This document shows, one piece after another, positions 50,099 through 62,660 of a stretch of DNA of 64,000 nucleotides; positions within the stretch are counted from its first letter, which is position 1, and each line of letters starts with the position of its first letter. Made by a program: the position numbers and the translations under genes. This DNA comes from Octopus sinensis (taxonomy: Eukaryota), in the NCBI RefSeq assembly GCF_006345805.1, contig NC_043000.1, positions 1,922,001 to 1,986,000 of the forward strand. The letters are read 5' to 3'. The notes beneath the pieces were generated by a model that did not search any database, was not told the origin of the DNA, and was given only the letters and a program-made list of their open reading frames with translations.

Positions 50099-50405
50099 TA
50101 TGGTGCTGCTGCACCAGTCATTGGGTATGACTCCATTGTGAACTACCTGGTTTACAATGCGGGTGACTATGGCATAGCCCACATAGCCAGCTGTTTTAAG
50201 CATCTCAGCAGTGATTCCTGATAGGCCAAGGGCTTTGCCTGGTTTCATATCCTTAATGAAACCAGGCAAAGCCCCTGGCCTATCAGGAATCACTGCTGAG
50301 ATGCTTAAAACAGCTGGCTATGTGGGCTATGCCATAGTCACCCGCATTGTAAACCAGGTAGTTCACAATGGAGTCATACCCAATGACTGGTGCAGCAGCA
50401 CCATA
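50099..50405. repeat. 150-bp-arm palindrome at the 5' end of the RTE LINE
   Basis: Arms 50099-50248 and 50256-50405, one mismatch, no indels, 7-nt loop. Confidence 0.9.
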
Positions 50406-52180
50406 GTCAACTGCTACAAGGGTAAGGGTGATGCTCTAGATAGAAATAACTACAGAGGTATCAAACTGTTGGACCAGGTGATTAAGGTCTCAGAGAAGGT
50501 CATAACCCATCTCATTAGGGAGAGAATTTGTTTAGATGAAATGCAGTTCGGTTTTGTACCAGGTAGAAGCACCACTGATGCTATATTCCTGGTCCGACAA
50601 CTGCAGGAGAAGTACCTAGCTAAAGATAAACCCCTCTACATAGCTTTTGTAGACTTGGAGAAAGCCTTTGACAGGGTTCCCCGTTCCCTCATCTGGTGGT
50701 CGATGCGGAAACTGGAGATTGAAGAATGGCTAATAAGGGCTGTACAGGCTCTATACAGAGAGACTGTCAGCAAGGTTAGGATTGGCAACGAATATAGTGA
50801 AGAATTCCGGGTAGAAGTAGGTGTGCACCAGGGCTCAGCCCTCAGTCCCCTTTTATTCATCATAGTCCTTCAGGCAATAACAGAGGAATTCAAAACGGGA
50901 TGCCCCTGGGAGCTCCTCTATGCCGATGACCTAGCTCTCATAGCAGAATCACTACCGGAACTAGAAGAGAAATTTCGGTGTGGAAGCAAGGGTTGGAATC
51001 AAAAGGCCTTAGAATAAATGTAGCAAAGACCAAAGTATTAGTAAGCAGCAAGAGGTACTCAGCACACACCCCCTCGGGTAGGTGGCCCTGCTCAATCTGT
51101 AGGAAAGGTACAGGTAGAAACTCCATAAGATGCACCCAATGTAAGTTATGGACACATAAGAGGTGCAGCAACATTAAAGGGAAATTAACAGATAAGATAG
51201 CTTTCATGTGCGGCAGATGCACAGGGACAATAGACACAACAGACACTCAGAAAACAGATTCCATCACACTCCAGGGAGAGAAACTAGAAGTAGTTGATAG
51301 TTTCCGCTACCTGGGTGACCAAGTTAGTAGCGGAGGTGGATGCACAGAAAGTATCACCACTAGAATACGAATAGCCTGGGCAAAGTTCAGAAAGCTCCTA
51401 CCCCTACTGGCAACAAAAGGTCTCTCCCTCAGAGCGAAAGGTAGATTGTATGATGCATGTGTGCGAACTGCCATGCTTCACGGTAATGAAACATGGGCAG
51501 TGACTGCAGAGGACATGTGTAGACTTGAAAGAAATGAAGCTAGCATGATCCGCTGGATGTGTAGTGTCAGTGTGCATGCAAGACAGAGTGTAAGCATCCT
51601 AAGAGAAATGCTGGATATAAGAAGCATCAGATGTGGTGTGCAAGAGCGACGCTTGCGATGGTATGGTCATGTGCTGCGGATGGATGAAGAGAGATGTGTG
51701 AAGAAGTGCCACTCCCAAACAGTTGAAGGTATCAGGGGGAGAGGTAGACCCAGGAAGACATGGGATGAGGTAGTCAAGCATGACCTCAGAGCATTGGGCC
51801 TCACTGAGGCAATGGCGAAAGACCGAGATCTCTGGAGATATGCTGTGACTGCAAAGACCCGGGCTGCTTTCTGCAGCAATTCCACATACCCCCTACCCAT
51901 TCAAAGTACCCCGGACCCAGTTGCCCCCGTGCCGCTGGCACGTTAAAAGCTCGAACCGATCGCGACCAATGCCGGACCCCCCGGCCCCTGTGCAGGTGGC
52001 ACGTAAAAAGCACCCAATCCACTCACGGAGTGGTTGGCGTTAGGAAGGGCATCCAGCCGTAGAAACTCTGCCAAATCAGACTGGAGCCTGGAGCGGCCCC
52101 TGGCTTCCCAGACCCCAGTTGAACCGTCCAACCCGTGCTAGCGCGGAAAACGGACGTTAAACGATGATGATGATGATGAT
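50256..52180 (+). mobile_element. RTE-clade LINE, 5'-truncated, RT nearly intact
   Basis: MKPGKAPGLSGITAEML, NYRGIKLL, QFGFVPGRSTTDAI, FVDLEKAFDRVP, GVHQGSALSP, LYADDL, internal Cys-rich finger, RRLRWYGHV, GRGRPRKTW; one frameshift near 50985; 3' UTR and (GAT)n tail. Confidence 0.93.
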
Positions 52181-52349
52181 ATGAGATGGTCTTCTTTCAG
52201 TTTCACAAGACAGGCTTTGGTCAGCTCGAAGCTATAGAAGACACTTGCCCAAGTTGCCACACAGTGGGACTGAACCTGGAACCATGTGGTTGGGAAGCAA
52301 GCTTCTTACCACATAACCATGCCTGCACCTATATACATATATCTGTGTG

Positions 52350-52388
<39 letters not shown>

Positions 52389-52391
52389 CAG

Positions 52392-52575
52392 CAGGTGGCA
52401 CGTAAAAAGCACCCACTACACTCACGGAGTGGTTGGCGTTAGGAAGGGCATCCGGCTGTAGAAACACTGCCAGATCAGACTGGAACCTGGAGCAGCCCCT
52501 GGCTCCCCAGACCCCGGTCGAACCGTCCAACCCGTGCTAGCGCAGAAAACGGACGTTAAACGATGATGATGATAT
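52392..52575 (+). mobile_element. RTE 3' UTR-derived repeat
   Basis: Family tail. Confidence 0.8.
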
Positions 52576-52972
52576 ATTACTCATTAACATTGAGAAACTG
52601 CAGTTTAAAAAGAAAGATTATAGGTTAAATTCTTCTGTAGATGTAATTACATCAGTTCAGAATTGTTAATGATACAGCATTTACTAGCATTGATTATCCA
52701 GAATAGAACCAATGATTAGCAATTGTTAGAGGAGCCACTTGGTAATGGCTGGTTATAATATACAGGCTTGTGAAGCTGTTATTTAAATCTCACATGTTGT
52801 ACGAACCCAGTTGGTTGTGGATTGCTGATCAATATCATTGAAGCAGTTTCCACATTAAAATCTGAACTTTTGACATTTGAAATATGAGTTGACCAAAAGT
52901 CCTTGCTCTAATTTTAGACTGCTCCTTTAGTTGAAAAGTAAGCTTTACCTTATCCACCAGCTCTATGTTTAA

Positions 52973-53193
52973 CCCTTTAGTGTTTGCATTATTCTGCCAA
53001 AGTTAATCCTTTTTTATCCACATTGTTTTGAGCTAATCATGCATTATCTTGTAGCTATGAGATTTTGATGAGGTAGCTGTTAATTTTTAAAGCAATATTG
53101 TAGGGCTGGTATGAGAGACCAGATCTGGCAAGTTTGAACATAAAACAGGCAGAATACTTTTGGCCGGATATGGCCGGTTTAAATGCTAAAGGG
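52973..53193. mobile_element. piggyBac-like MITE family 1
   Basis: TTAA|CCCTTTAG...CTAAAGGG|TTAA. Confidence 0.85.
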
Positions 53194-53496
53194 TTAAACA
53201 TTCTGGTGTAATCATGCTTTTTTTCCTGGATATGTCCAGAACTACATTATCTAGTAGCTACAGGTCTTTTAGTAAATCCACTACCAATTCTTTGTTATGT
53301 TGAAAACTAAGACATAGTCTAGTCATAAGAAATATTGTCATGATAAGGTTCAAATGCATTTTTCTTAAATGTTTTTTTTTTTCACTTTTTCTTAAAATAT
53401 ATTTAATTTCTAATGGTGTTTATTATTATTATTATTTCTTTTTAAACTATTTCAACATATTTGTTTCTGACCCTTTCACTCTGTTGTATGTTGTAG

Positions 53497-53678
53497 GAAA
53501 ATACCTTTTTATGGCGGACATCTCTATATTTAGCTGCCAGTGCATCCGCTGAATTCTTTGCTGATATTCTTCTCTGCCCTATGGAAGCAGCCAAAGTGAA
53601 GATTCAGACATCTGCAGGTTATGCTAATACTTTGAGAGAATGTATTCCAAAAATGATCAAGGAAGAAGGCATGTCTAG
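53497..53678 (+). CDS. SLC25A3: Phosphate carrier, coding exon 3
   Basis: ENTFLWRTSLYLAASASAEFFADILLCPMEAAKVKIQT; phase 0 to 2. Confidence 0.97.
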
Positions 53679-53982
53679 GTGAGAAACCCTTTTTCCAGCA
53701 TTGTACATGTTTACATCATTTGAGAGTTAAATACTTTAACATGTTAACTGCCATGGCCTGTTACTGACAGTTGTGTAATGTTTGTAATGAACCACTGGTG
53801 GTACATAGGTTTCATGTGTTAAGAAAATTTCATTCTCATTTCTGTTGTGAAAATGGCATTTTAGATTAGAATTTTGATGAACAGATAACATTTACAATAA
53901 ACATGATCTTTGTAAACATTTCTATAGATAAAAATTAAGAATTACATTTGTAGGAAAATAAAAAAGCAAAATCTGTCACATA

Positions 53983-54657
53983 CGCGCAGGAGTGGCTGTG
54001 TGGTAAGTAGCTTGCTAACCAACCACATGGTTCCGGGTTCAGTTCCACTGCGTGGCACCTTGGGCAAGTATCTTCTGCTATAGCCCCGGGCCGACCAATG
54101 CCTTGTGAGTGGATTTTGTGAGCAAATTTTAAAACTTTCTCTCAGCTAATTATTCCTTAGATCTTGCAAATTTGTACAACTCCTGTACAATATTGTACAC
54201 ATTCTTAGTGAGTCTTCCAACAGTATATTAAGCCTTTAACATTGTAATGCTATCAAATGTAATGTTTATTTATTCACATTGTTTTGAATTAATCAGAGGA
54301 TTAATCGAAATTGAACCAATCCTATGACTGGCACCCGGCAGAAGCCAGGACCCCTGGACTGGTGGTACGTAAAAAGCACTATCCGAATCGTGGCCGATGC
54401 CAGTGCCGCCTTGACTGGCTTCCGTGCCGGTGGCACATAAAATGCACCAATCCGACCGTGGCCGTTGCCAGCCTCGCCTGGCACGTAAAAAGCACCCACT
54501 ACACTCACGGAGTGGTTGGCGTTAGGAAGGGCATCCAGCTGTAGAAACATTGCCAGATAAGACTGGAGCCTGGTGCAACCCCTGGCTTCCCAGATTCCCG
54601 GTCGAACCGTCCAACCCATGCTAGCATGGAGAACGGGCGTTAAACGATGATGATGAT
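53983..54657 (+). mobile_element. Partial SINE B (53983-54117) and an RTE 3' UTR repeat (54300-54657) nested in a MITE remnant
   Basis: Family matches. Confidence 0.7.
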
Positions 54658-54923
54658 AGGGTTGGATATGGCTGGTTAAATGTTAATGGGTTAATTACTC
54701 TGTAGTTGTCTCTCATACTTGCTACACTAATTGAATACTAGTCAAATGGTTTTTTTTCTATTTGTGTAATTGCTTGTGATTATTTTTTGTAATACTCTAG
54801 TGCAAGTGAAACCCACAAAAAATCCTTCTTTCACATCTATGACTACTGTTGTATCCCAAAACACATCATTCAACAGATTGATATTCTACATTTAATATTG
54901 TTCTTTATTTTTATTTTTTCTAG

Positions 54924-55096
54924 TTTCTATAAAGGTATTGTTCCATTGTGGGGACGACAAATTCCTTACACAATGATGAAGTTCGCTTGTTTTGAAAGAA
55001 CCGTTGAATTTTTGTACAGTAACGTTGTACCTAAGCCTCGTGCTGAATGTTCCAAACCAGAGCAGTTAGTTGTCACATTTGCTGCTGGTTATATCG
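54924..55096 (+). CDS. SLC25A3: Phosphate carrier, coding exon 4
   Basis: FYKGIVPLWGRQIPYTMMKFACFERTVE..QLVVTFAAGYI; phase 2 to 1. Confidence 0.97.
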
Positions 55097-55159
55097 GTAA
55101 GTTTTTATCATGCTTCCTCTGGTAGTCTGTCATGTTGCATGTCAGTTATATCTTTGAAA

Positions 55160-55544
55160 GGAGGCGCAATGGCCCAGTGGTAAGGGCAGCGGACTCGCGG
55201 TCATAGGATCGCGGTTTCGATTCCCAGACCGGGCGTTGTGAGTGTTTATTGAGCGAAAACACCTAAAAGCTCCACGAGGCTCCGGCAGGGGATGGTGGTG
55301 ATCCCTGCTGTACTCTTTCACCACAACTTTCTCTCACTCTTACTTCCTGTTTCTGTTGTACCTGTATTTCAAAGGGCCGGCCTTGTCACTCTCTGTGTCA
55401 CGCTGAATATCCCCGAGAACTACGTTAAGGGTACACGTGTCTGTGGAGTGCTCAGCCACTTGCACGTTAATTTCACGAGCAGGCTGTTCCGTTGATTCGG
55501 ATCAACCGGAACCCTCGTCGTAACCGACGGAGTGCTTCCATACC
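55160..55544 (+). mobile_element. SINE family A, full length with TSD
   Basis: 12-bp TSD ATATCTTTGAAA at 55148-55159 and 55545-55556; 64 nt downstream of a splice donor. Confidence 0.92.
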
Positions 55545-55934
55545 ATATCTTTGAAAATATCTGGGTGTCTAAAGTTTTAATGCAATGTCTTGTAAAAGAC
55601 AAATTACAGCCTGTCCTTGTGCGACTAACTTAGATGGTCTCTGTAAAACACTCTGCACATTCACCTGGCTGTCTATGCTGGGATAGATCGTTACAGGTCT
55701 GCAATACAACATTCCATGAGTATTAGTTTTGTGTTGCCTTTTTCTCTGAAGTTCAAGCGTCTCAGATATGATATTATTTTCTCCTAAATCTCTCCTGGTG
55801 TACCTCTGTCAGAGACACATTTCAGAGAGTCTTCATGCAGCATGTCTCTGCCTGTTTTGCACAAACATTTATACCAGTCCAATTATTTTTTACATTGATT
55901 AATCTCTGTAATACTTGACTACTAATCTGAAGTT

Positions 55935-56093
55935 GCCGGAGTGGCTGTGTGGTAAGTAGCTTGCTTACCAACCACATGGTTCCGGGTTCAGTCCCACTGC
56001 GTGGCATCTTGGGCAAGTGTCTTCTGCTATAGCCCTGGGCCGACCAATGCCTTGTGAGTGGATTTGGTAGACAGAAACTGAAAGAAGCCTGTC

Positions 56094-56129
<36 letters not shown>

Positions 56130-56316
56130 TTGTCCCCCTAGCATTGCTTGACAACCGATGCTGGTGTGTTTACGTCCCCATCACTTAGCGGTTCAGCAAA
56201 AGGGACCGATAGAATAAGTACTGGGCTTACAAAGAATAAGTCCCGGAGTCGATTTGTCGACTAAAGGCGGTGCTCCAGCATGGCCGCAGTCAAATGACTG
56301 AAACAAGTAAAAGAGT
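55935..56316 (+). mobile_element. SINE family B
   Basis: Family match. Confidence 0.85.
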
Positions 56317-56621
56317 ATAATAAATCCTTATTTTAAAACGCGTATCAGATCATGTTCAATTGTATATTTGTCACTTGTCCCAATAAGTCTGTTATAAATA
56401 CTGTTATACAACCTTACCTAGAGTCTATCATTTGTGCAGTGAAAAAATTTTGCTACAATTTTTCACGGGAGCTGCTTTATTGGCTTGAATGAAGTGTTAG
56501 ACTGAAATACTAATGGAAATCCACCTGTTTGCTAAATCATTTATTCTGCTGTTAACCCTAACTTGGATATAGCCTGAACATTTTAATGAGCCATTAGCCT
56601 GCATTTTAATTTATCCTTTAA

Positions 56622-57052
56622 CCCTTTCGTTACTGTATTTATTTGGAGATGCTCTGCGTTTCTTTCATTTACTTTAAATATAATAAAGAATCTAGTAAAA
56701 TAACTTAGTTATCATTAAACTAGTGTTAGGAACACAAATTGTCACTAAGGTTTGGTGGAAGATTTTAATTCAGAACTTATGAAAGCAAGACATTTGTACA
56801 ACAGAGCCAGAGCCGGTTTCAGCCGGGTTGGTAATGAAAGGGTTAAACCGGCCATATCTGGCCAAAAGTATTCTGCCTGTTTTATGTTCAAACTGGCCAG
56901 ATCTGGTCTCTCACACTTACCCTACAATGTCGTTTTAAAAATTAACAGCTACCTCATCAAAATCTCAATGCTATAAGATAATGCAGGATTAGTTCAAAGC
57001 AATGTGGATAAAAAAGGATTAATTTTGGCAGAATAATGCAAACACTAAAGGG
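56622..57052. mobile_element. piggyBac-like MITE family 2 (56622-56842) abutting family 1 at a shared TTAA
   Basis: TTAA|CCCTTTCGTTAC...GTAATGAAAGGG|TTAA, then the family 1 body to CTAAAGGG|TTAA. Confidence 0.75.
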
Positions 57053-57356
57053 TTAATTAATAAAAGCATCTGTTGCTCCATATTCTGGTGCAAGTTTGAA
57101 CTATTTTTCCACATCCATAACCAGATGGCTTGTTCTGCTCTTTTAATATTTTCATCTAAAGATTTAGGCTTCTCTAACTCTTTTAGTGACTAATTTAATA
57201 TTTCCACAATTTCACTAAATATTGCTAAATGTCCTCTGCTTAGATTTTTTTTATTGTAGAAAAACTGGGAAAAATTGGATACCTTATAAAGTAGAAATTT
57301 AAATATTTAAAATGTTGGTCTTCCTACAATTTAAAACTTTGTTATTCTCTTTTCAG

Positions 57357-57467
57357 CTGGTGTATTCTGTGCTATTGTATCTCACCCCGCCGACACACTC
57401 GTATCGAAACTGAACCAAGCTAAAGGGAAAGGCATGGGCGACATTGTTAAAGAACTAGGATTTGCAG
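57357..57467 (+). CDS. SLC25A3: Phosphate carrier, coding exon 5
   Basis: AGVFCAIVSHPADTLVSKLNQ; phase 1 to 1. Confidence 0.96.
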
Positions 57468-57619
57468 GTTGGTATATTGTATTTATTGATTGTTTTACTT
57501 GAGATAAATATAAAGCATGAGATGTTCATTATTTCATGAGTCAGTTCACATTCATAGAACATTGTTTTAACACATCTGTCTTGTGTCTCTAAGGTAAACA
57601 ATCATTAAAACTATTAATG

Positions 57620-58007
57620 GTACCAGTGCCGGTGGCACATAAGAAAACCATCCGAACGTGGCCGTAGCCAGTACCGCATCGACTGGCCTCCGTGCTGTGG
57701 GCACGTAACAAACACCATCCGATCGTGGCCGTTCGCCAGCTTCGTCTGGCACCTGTGTCGGTGGCACATAAAAAACACCATCCGAGCGTGGCCGTCTGCC
57801 AGCCTCGTCTGGCACCTGTGTCGGTGGCACATAAAATCACCCACTACACTCTCGGAGTGGTTGGCGTTAGGAAGGGCATCCAGCTGTAGAAACACTGCCA
57901 GATCTGACTGGCCTGGTGCAGCCTTCGGGCTCCCCAGACCCCAGTTGAACCGTCCAACCCATGCTAGCATGGAAAGCGGACGTTAAACGATGATGATGAT
58001 GATGATG
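57620..58007 (+). mobile_element. RTE 3' UTR-derived repeat with tandem 63-bp units
   Basis: CGGTGGCACATAA at 57759 and 57822; family tail. Confidence 0.85.
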
Positions 58008-58239
58008 AATATAAAATATGCTAAGTGCTGTAGTTGGTTGACTCTATAACCTGCTTTTGATTGTTGGTTATGATTTTAACAATAAGCTTAAGAAAAGGCA
58101 TGAATGTCATACAGTTTCATATCTGTGATATACCTGTGTATCTGAACATTTCTTACAAATGTGTTAGTGATGTGTGGTTGAAATAAATAACTGACATTGA
58201 TCTGGTTTGTGCATTCACTGGTCAGTGCCACACTTAAAA

Positions 58240-58609
58240 TCTCTCTATATATAAACGGCAGTTTGTCTGTGTGCGTATCTGTGTGTCTGTTAGGTTGTAC
58301 CCTCACCCTGACCACGGCTTTCAACCGATTCTGATGAAACTTGACACACACATAGCCCAATGTCATAATTCAAAACTAACGCAGAGAAAATTTTGAAAAG
58401 TTCCCCCAGTTCTGAAAAAAATCGATAAATTCGACATGGGGTCGAGAATCAGAAACACAAACCACAGACTGTCTAGGGGACGCAACTCGACCTTTTTAAC
58501 TCTCAAAAAATTTACCATAATTTTTTGCTATTTTTTGGCTATAACTCTCTAAAAATGCTTTATAGTTATTTCCCTTACAAACCTGAGCAACGCCGGGCGA
58601 TACTGCTAG
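58240..58609 (+). mobile_element. Non-autonomous Helitron with a different 5' body
   Basis: A|TC...CTAG|T insertion; 3' about 75 bp shared with 17476-18964. Confidence 0.8.
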
Positions 58610-58755
58610 TATGTGATACATTCATGTAAAGTTGTGATTACTGGTCACCACTACAAACTAGATACTCCATCTAATGAATGAGAAAATTTCAAATATTAAC
58701 AAAAAAAACCCCTTTATCTGACTGCTGTTACTAATGCTGTTTTTTTTTGTTATAG

Positions 58756-58916
58756 GTCTGTGGAAAGGACTCGGTCCCCGTATTATCATGATTGGTACGT
58801 TAACAGCTCTGCAGTGGTTTATTTATGACACTGTAAAAGTAGTGTTTAGACTTCCACGACCACCACCACCATCAATGCCGGAAAGTCTAAAGAAGAAACT
58901 TGGTATAGTTGAATAA
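58756..58916 (+). CDS. SLC25A3: Phosphate carrier, final coding exon
   Basis: [48 protein letters not shown]; joined CDS is 1056 nt, 351 aa, in frame. Confidence 0.97.
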
Positions 58917-59246
58917 GTTTAGGAACTGATGACACATCCTTCCTGTTTTTTCTCTCTCCTTCACTCTCTACGACCATAAACAGTTGATTAGTCCATAAGT
59001 TGATGGAATGTTCCATCAGTAATTAGCAAAGAAGTTCAGCAACCCAACTGAACTGTTACAATGCTATTTGAGATCGTTTTTGCAGAATACCAATTCATGA
59101 AGCAATATTTAAGTTGCTAATCTTCACTGATCACTCCACTCGTGACTGCAGCAAAAACTGCAGTAGATGCAGCTGCAACAGTGGTGATGTTTCACTTCAG
59201 CCAGCTGCAAGCAACAACATTGTACAATGTACACCAGAACTAGTGA

Positions 59247-59252
59247 AATAAA
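59247..59252 (+). terminator. SLC25A3: Candidate poly(A) signal
   Basis: AATAAA about 330 nt after the stop, followed by U/GU-rich sequence. Confidence 0.55.
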
Positions 59253-61596
59253 ATATAACTTAACTAATCTTTTTGTTCATCTTTTCTCATAACCGTGTGT
59301 TGATGTTGTTGTTGTTGTTGTTGTTAACTAGCCCAAAGTCGATCCTGATCAAAGAGATTATCTTTAACCCTTTAGTGTTCAAACTGGTCATATCCTGCCC
59401 AAATGTTCTACTAGTTTTATGTTGATACCAGCCAGGTCAAGCCTCTCACACATGCCCTACAATGTTATTTTAACCATAAACAGCTATACCATCTTGAAGC
59501 TATGATATAATACATGAATACTAAGTTGCTCCATGTATGACAGTTGGTGTTGGTTTGTATACATCCCTGTAACTTTGGCAAAAGAAACCAGTGGAATAAG
59601 TAAGTACTGGAGCTGATTCAGTTAAACACTTCTACATATGTTCATTCAGTCCAAAGTTCAGTATCAAATTTGAATGTGTTGCAATTGTCAGTAGGAGCCA
59701 AAATATGAACATATTTGTGGAAGGTATGTAGTGGTGGTTTAGTCTAAAAGAGACTAGAGAATTGATTTTTTAATTTTTTAATGTCATTCTTACAAGAAAG
59801 AACACGAGTGTCATAAGGAAATTGGTTTGCAAGTTGGTTGAACCTAGCCAGCTTACCATAGGATCGATACCTTATTTTCACATAACCACTCTAGTGTATT
59901 TGTTTGCATATATGTTGAGGTTTAGTCAGAGGCAGTAAAGTGCCTGGGCCTTTTGAGAATGATAGGGTAAAGGAAATAAGAAAATACCAGCAGATTGTTG
60001 TAGAAGGGTGCAGTGTATCAGGATATGAGGTTTTCTTCAGACTGGTGATCTGGCCCAAATGCTTACAACAGAGCAGACTGCTGTAAGCTTCCAACTAGCA
60101 GGTGTTGAACAGATGCAGTCCATCTGACAGGTTTAACATAGTTTCCATGTACTCAATTTCACTCACAAAGGAAATATTTACTCAGTAAATATTACTACAT
60201 GTAGTAGTGAAGCAACATTTATGTATGCATGGCCATAAATGTTGGAAAATTAGGGTTTGTGGCTGATACTATAAAAAATCAAAGCTACTGACATCATGGA
60301 CACAAAGGTACAGATATGGCCGTGTGGTTAAGCTTACTCTACACTAACATGGTTTCAGGTTTGGCCCAGCTACGCAGCACCTTGGCCAATAGTCTTCTGA
60401 TGTAGCCCTGGACCAACCAATGACTTAGAAGTTAATAAGAGCATAGTAGTTTGCTTGAAGCATTATAATACCAAAGGTAAAAGAAAATAGTTTCTGACAG
60501 TATGGAAAATTTTACAAAACCTTTATATTTCGGGCACAAAGGCCCATCTTCAGTAGAAAGCAGTCTGGGAAATGTCCAGTTATGTAGGTTCTGTTAACTC
60601 ATTCAAATTACTTCTCTCTTTAGTAGATGGAAACCCATCATATATAGGTATGTGTCTTGGTGAGTTTGTTCCCCCACCACTACTTGACAGTTGGTTTTGG
60701 TTTGTATACATCCCTGTAACTGGCAAAAGAAACCAGTAGAATAAGTACTGGGGCTGATTCAGTTAAACACTTCCAAGGTGATATCCTCAGCATGGCTGCA
60801 GTCCAATGACTGAAACAAGTAAAAGATGCAGGATAGATTTTATTAATTTTGAGACCTCACTGAAGATGGTCAGTCTTGACATGATAATTGTGTGTATATA
60901 CGTCTTATCGTGTTCCAGTCATTAAACGGGCACCACCTTGAATTTTTAGTCAAACGAACTGACTCTGTTATAAGTCATCTTGTTAAACCTGGTATTCATT
61001 CTGTTGGACTCTTGTCAAATCACTAGGTTACGTGGATGTAAACATACCAACACCAGTGGTGGTAGGGGACATACATATACACTATGGGCTTCTTTCAGTT
61101 TCTGTCTACCAAATCCACTCACCAGGCTTTGGTCAGCTTGAAGGTTATAGTTCAGTGGGGCTGACCCCAAAACCAAGTGGTTGGGAAGCAAGCTTCTTAT
61201 TAGGGCAGGAACTATTGTGGTTTTGTTAGAGTTGTAACAACCGTTTAAAAAAGTTGTGGCACTGAGTGTCGGGTAGTGTGTGGTGTTTTGTTGATTAACG
61301 GAAGATCATTGATAGGAGAAATATGTGAAAAATAAGTATTGCTTCTGAAATAATTTTGCAACTGATTAAATATGTGGCAAGACAAGGTTTGTATTCTATA
61401 TTTTATGAAAAGCATTTGGCAATATAAAAACTTTCGGTTTTTTGTTAGATAAGGTTATCTAATTATTAGGGCCATCTGGGCCAACTTGATGTATATTTGA
61501 TTCCCACACACCTTACATTGTTACCAGTCCTCTTTCACCAAGATGGCTTAGTCAGTAGAACTTGCTCTGAAAAAGCATCCACATTCACTGCTCATT

Positions 61597-61996
61597 TTGC
61601 CTCCAGAAACCTGGACGTTATCAAAGAAGCTTGAGAGGCGGTTGGATGGAACCTACACTCGCCTCCTTATGAGAGCTCAAAATCTCTCGTGGAGGCGCCA
61701 TCCAACCAAAATGCAAATATATGGGAAACTACCACCTGTGTCATCTCTTGTGAAAGGTAGGAGAGTCCAGTTTGCTGGACATTGTTGTAGAGCTGAAAAA
61801 GAAGTAATTTCTACTCTTCTCCTCTGGAAGCCATCTACTCACAATACCAGAGGGCGCACACTCTCCTACCCTGATGTAATCTCCAGGGATACAGGCATCC
61901 AGCAACAGGACCTCCGTAATGCCATGATGGACCGTGAAGTCTGGCGTAGCATGGTAAATTCCATTGTCTCGACCACGGTCGAACAATGATGATGAT
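61597..61996 (+). mobile_element. RTE family 2, 3' fragment
   Basis: ETWTLSKKLERRLDGTYTRLL..; (TGA)n tail. Confidence 0.8.
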
Positions 61997-62107
61997 TGCC
62001 TCCAACTCAACATTGTACATTAACAGTCTCCTACTGTGACTTCTAACAATACACAACACTCTTATACACTTCACACTCAACCTAAAAGCCTTATAACAAA
62101 CATATGC

Positions 62108-62660
62108 TGAAACCACGATCAGAAATCTCGACAGTCCTTCAATAAGAACATCTTAATCAGGCATTTGCCATATCCTGAACGCCTTACTTCCCTGGGCATG
62201 GACACATTGAAACTCCGACGTCTGGCAGCTGACTTGGCAGACACCCATAAAATTATCAACCATCGTACAAACAATAACTCTGAGCACCTTTTCAAACTCC
62301 ACCCATCTAACACCCGTGGACATATTTACAAAGTAAGAAAACAGCACAGCTCCCATGACTTCAGGAAACATTTTTTCACGCTGAGAGTTGCTGAAGCATG
62401 GAACAAACTGCCAGCATCAGTTGTTAGTTGTCGGAGCACTGCATCCTTCAAAACTTCCATGCTTCCTGAGATTCGCCAACACTACACCTGATTTTCTCCC
62501 CTCCATACACACACAAGCATGAATCTGACTCATACATTGTTCGCTTTCCAGACATTTCTACATTACTGCATGTACTTTATATGCACTTTCTGACAAGTTG
62601 TGGTGCACCTGAGCACTGTATACAAAAATTTCATTATTATCATTATTATTATTATTATTA
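62108..62660 (+). mobile_element. CR1-clade LINE, 5'-truncated
   Basis: YPERLTSLGMDTLKLRRLAADL..WNKLP; (ATT)n tail. Confidence 0.88.

Noticed and set aside
43765-53496. Mutually exclusive exon pair like vertebrate PiC-A/PiC-B
   Set aside because: That region lies within one larger exon here, and I saw no duplicate exon in the flanking introns.
57620-57850. CRISPR-like repeat array
   Set aside because: The 63-bp units are contiguous tandem repeats without unique spacers, within a eukaryotic LINE 3' UTR.
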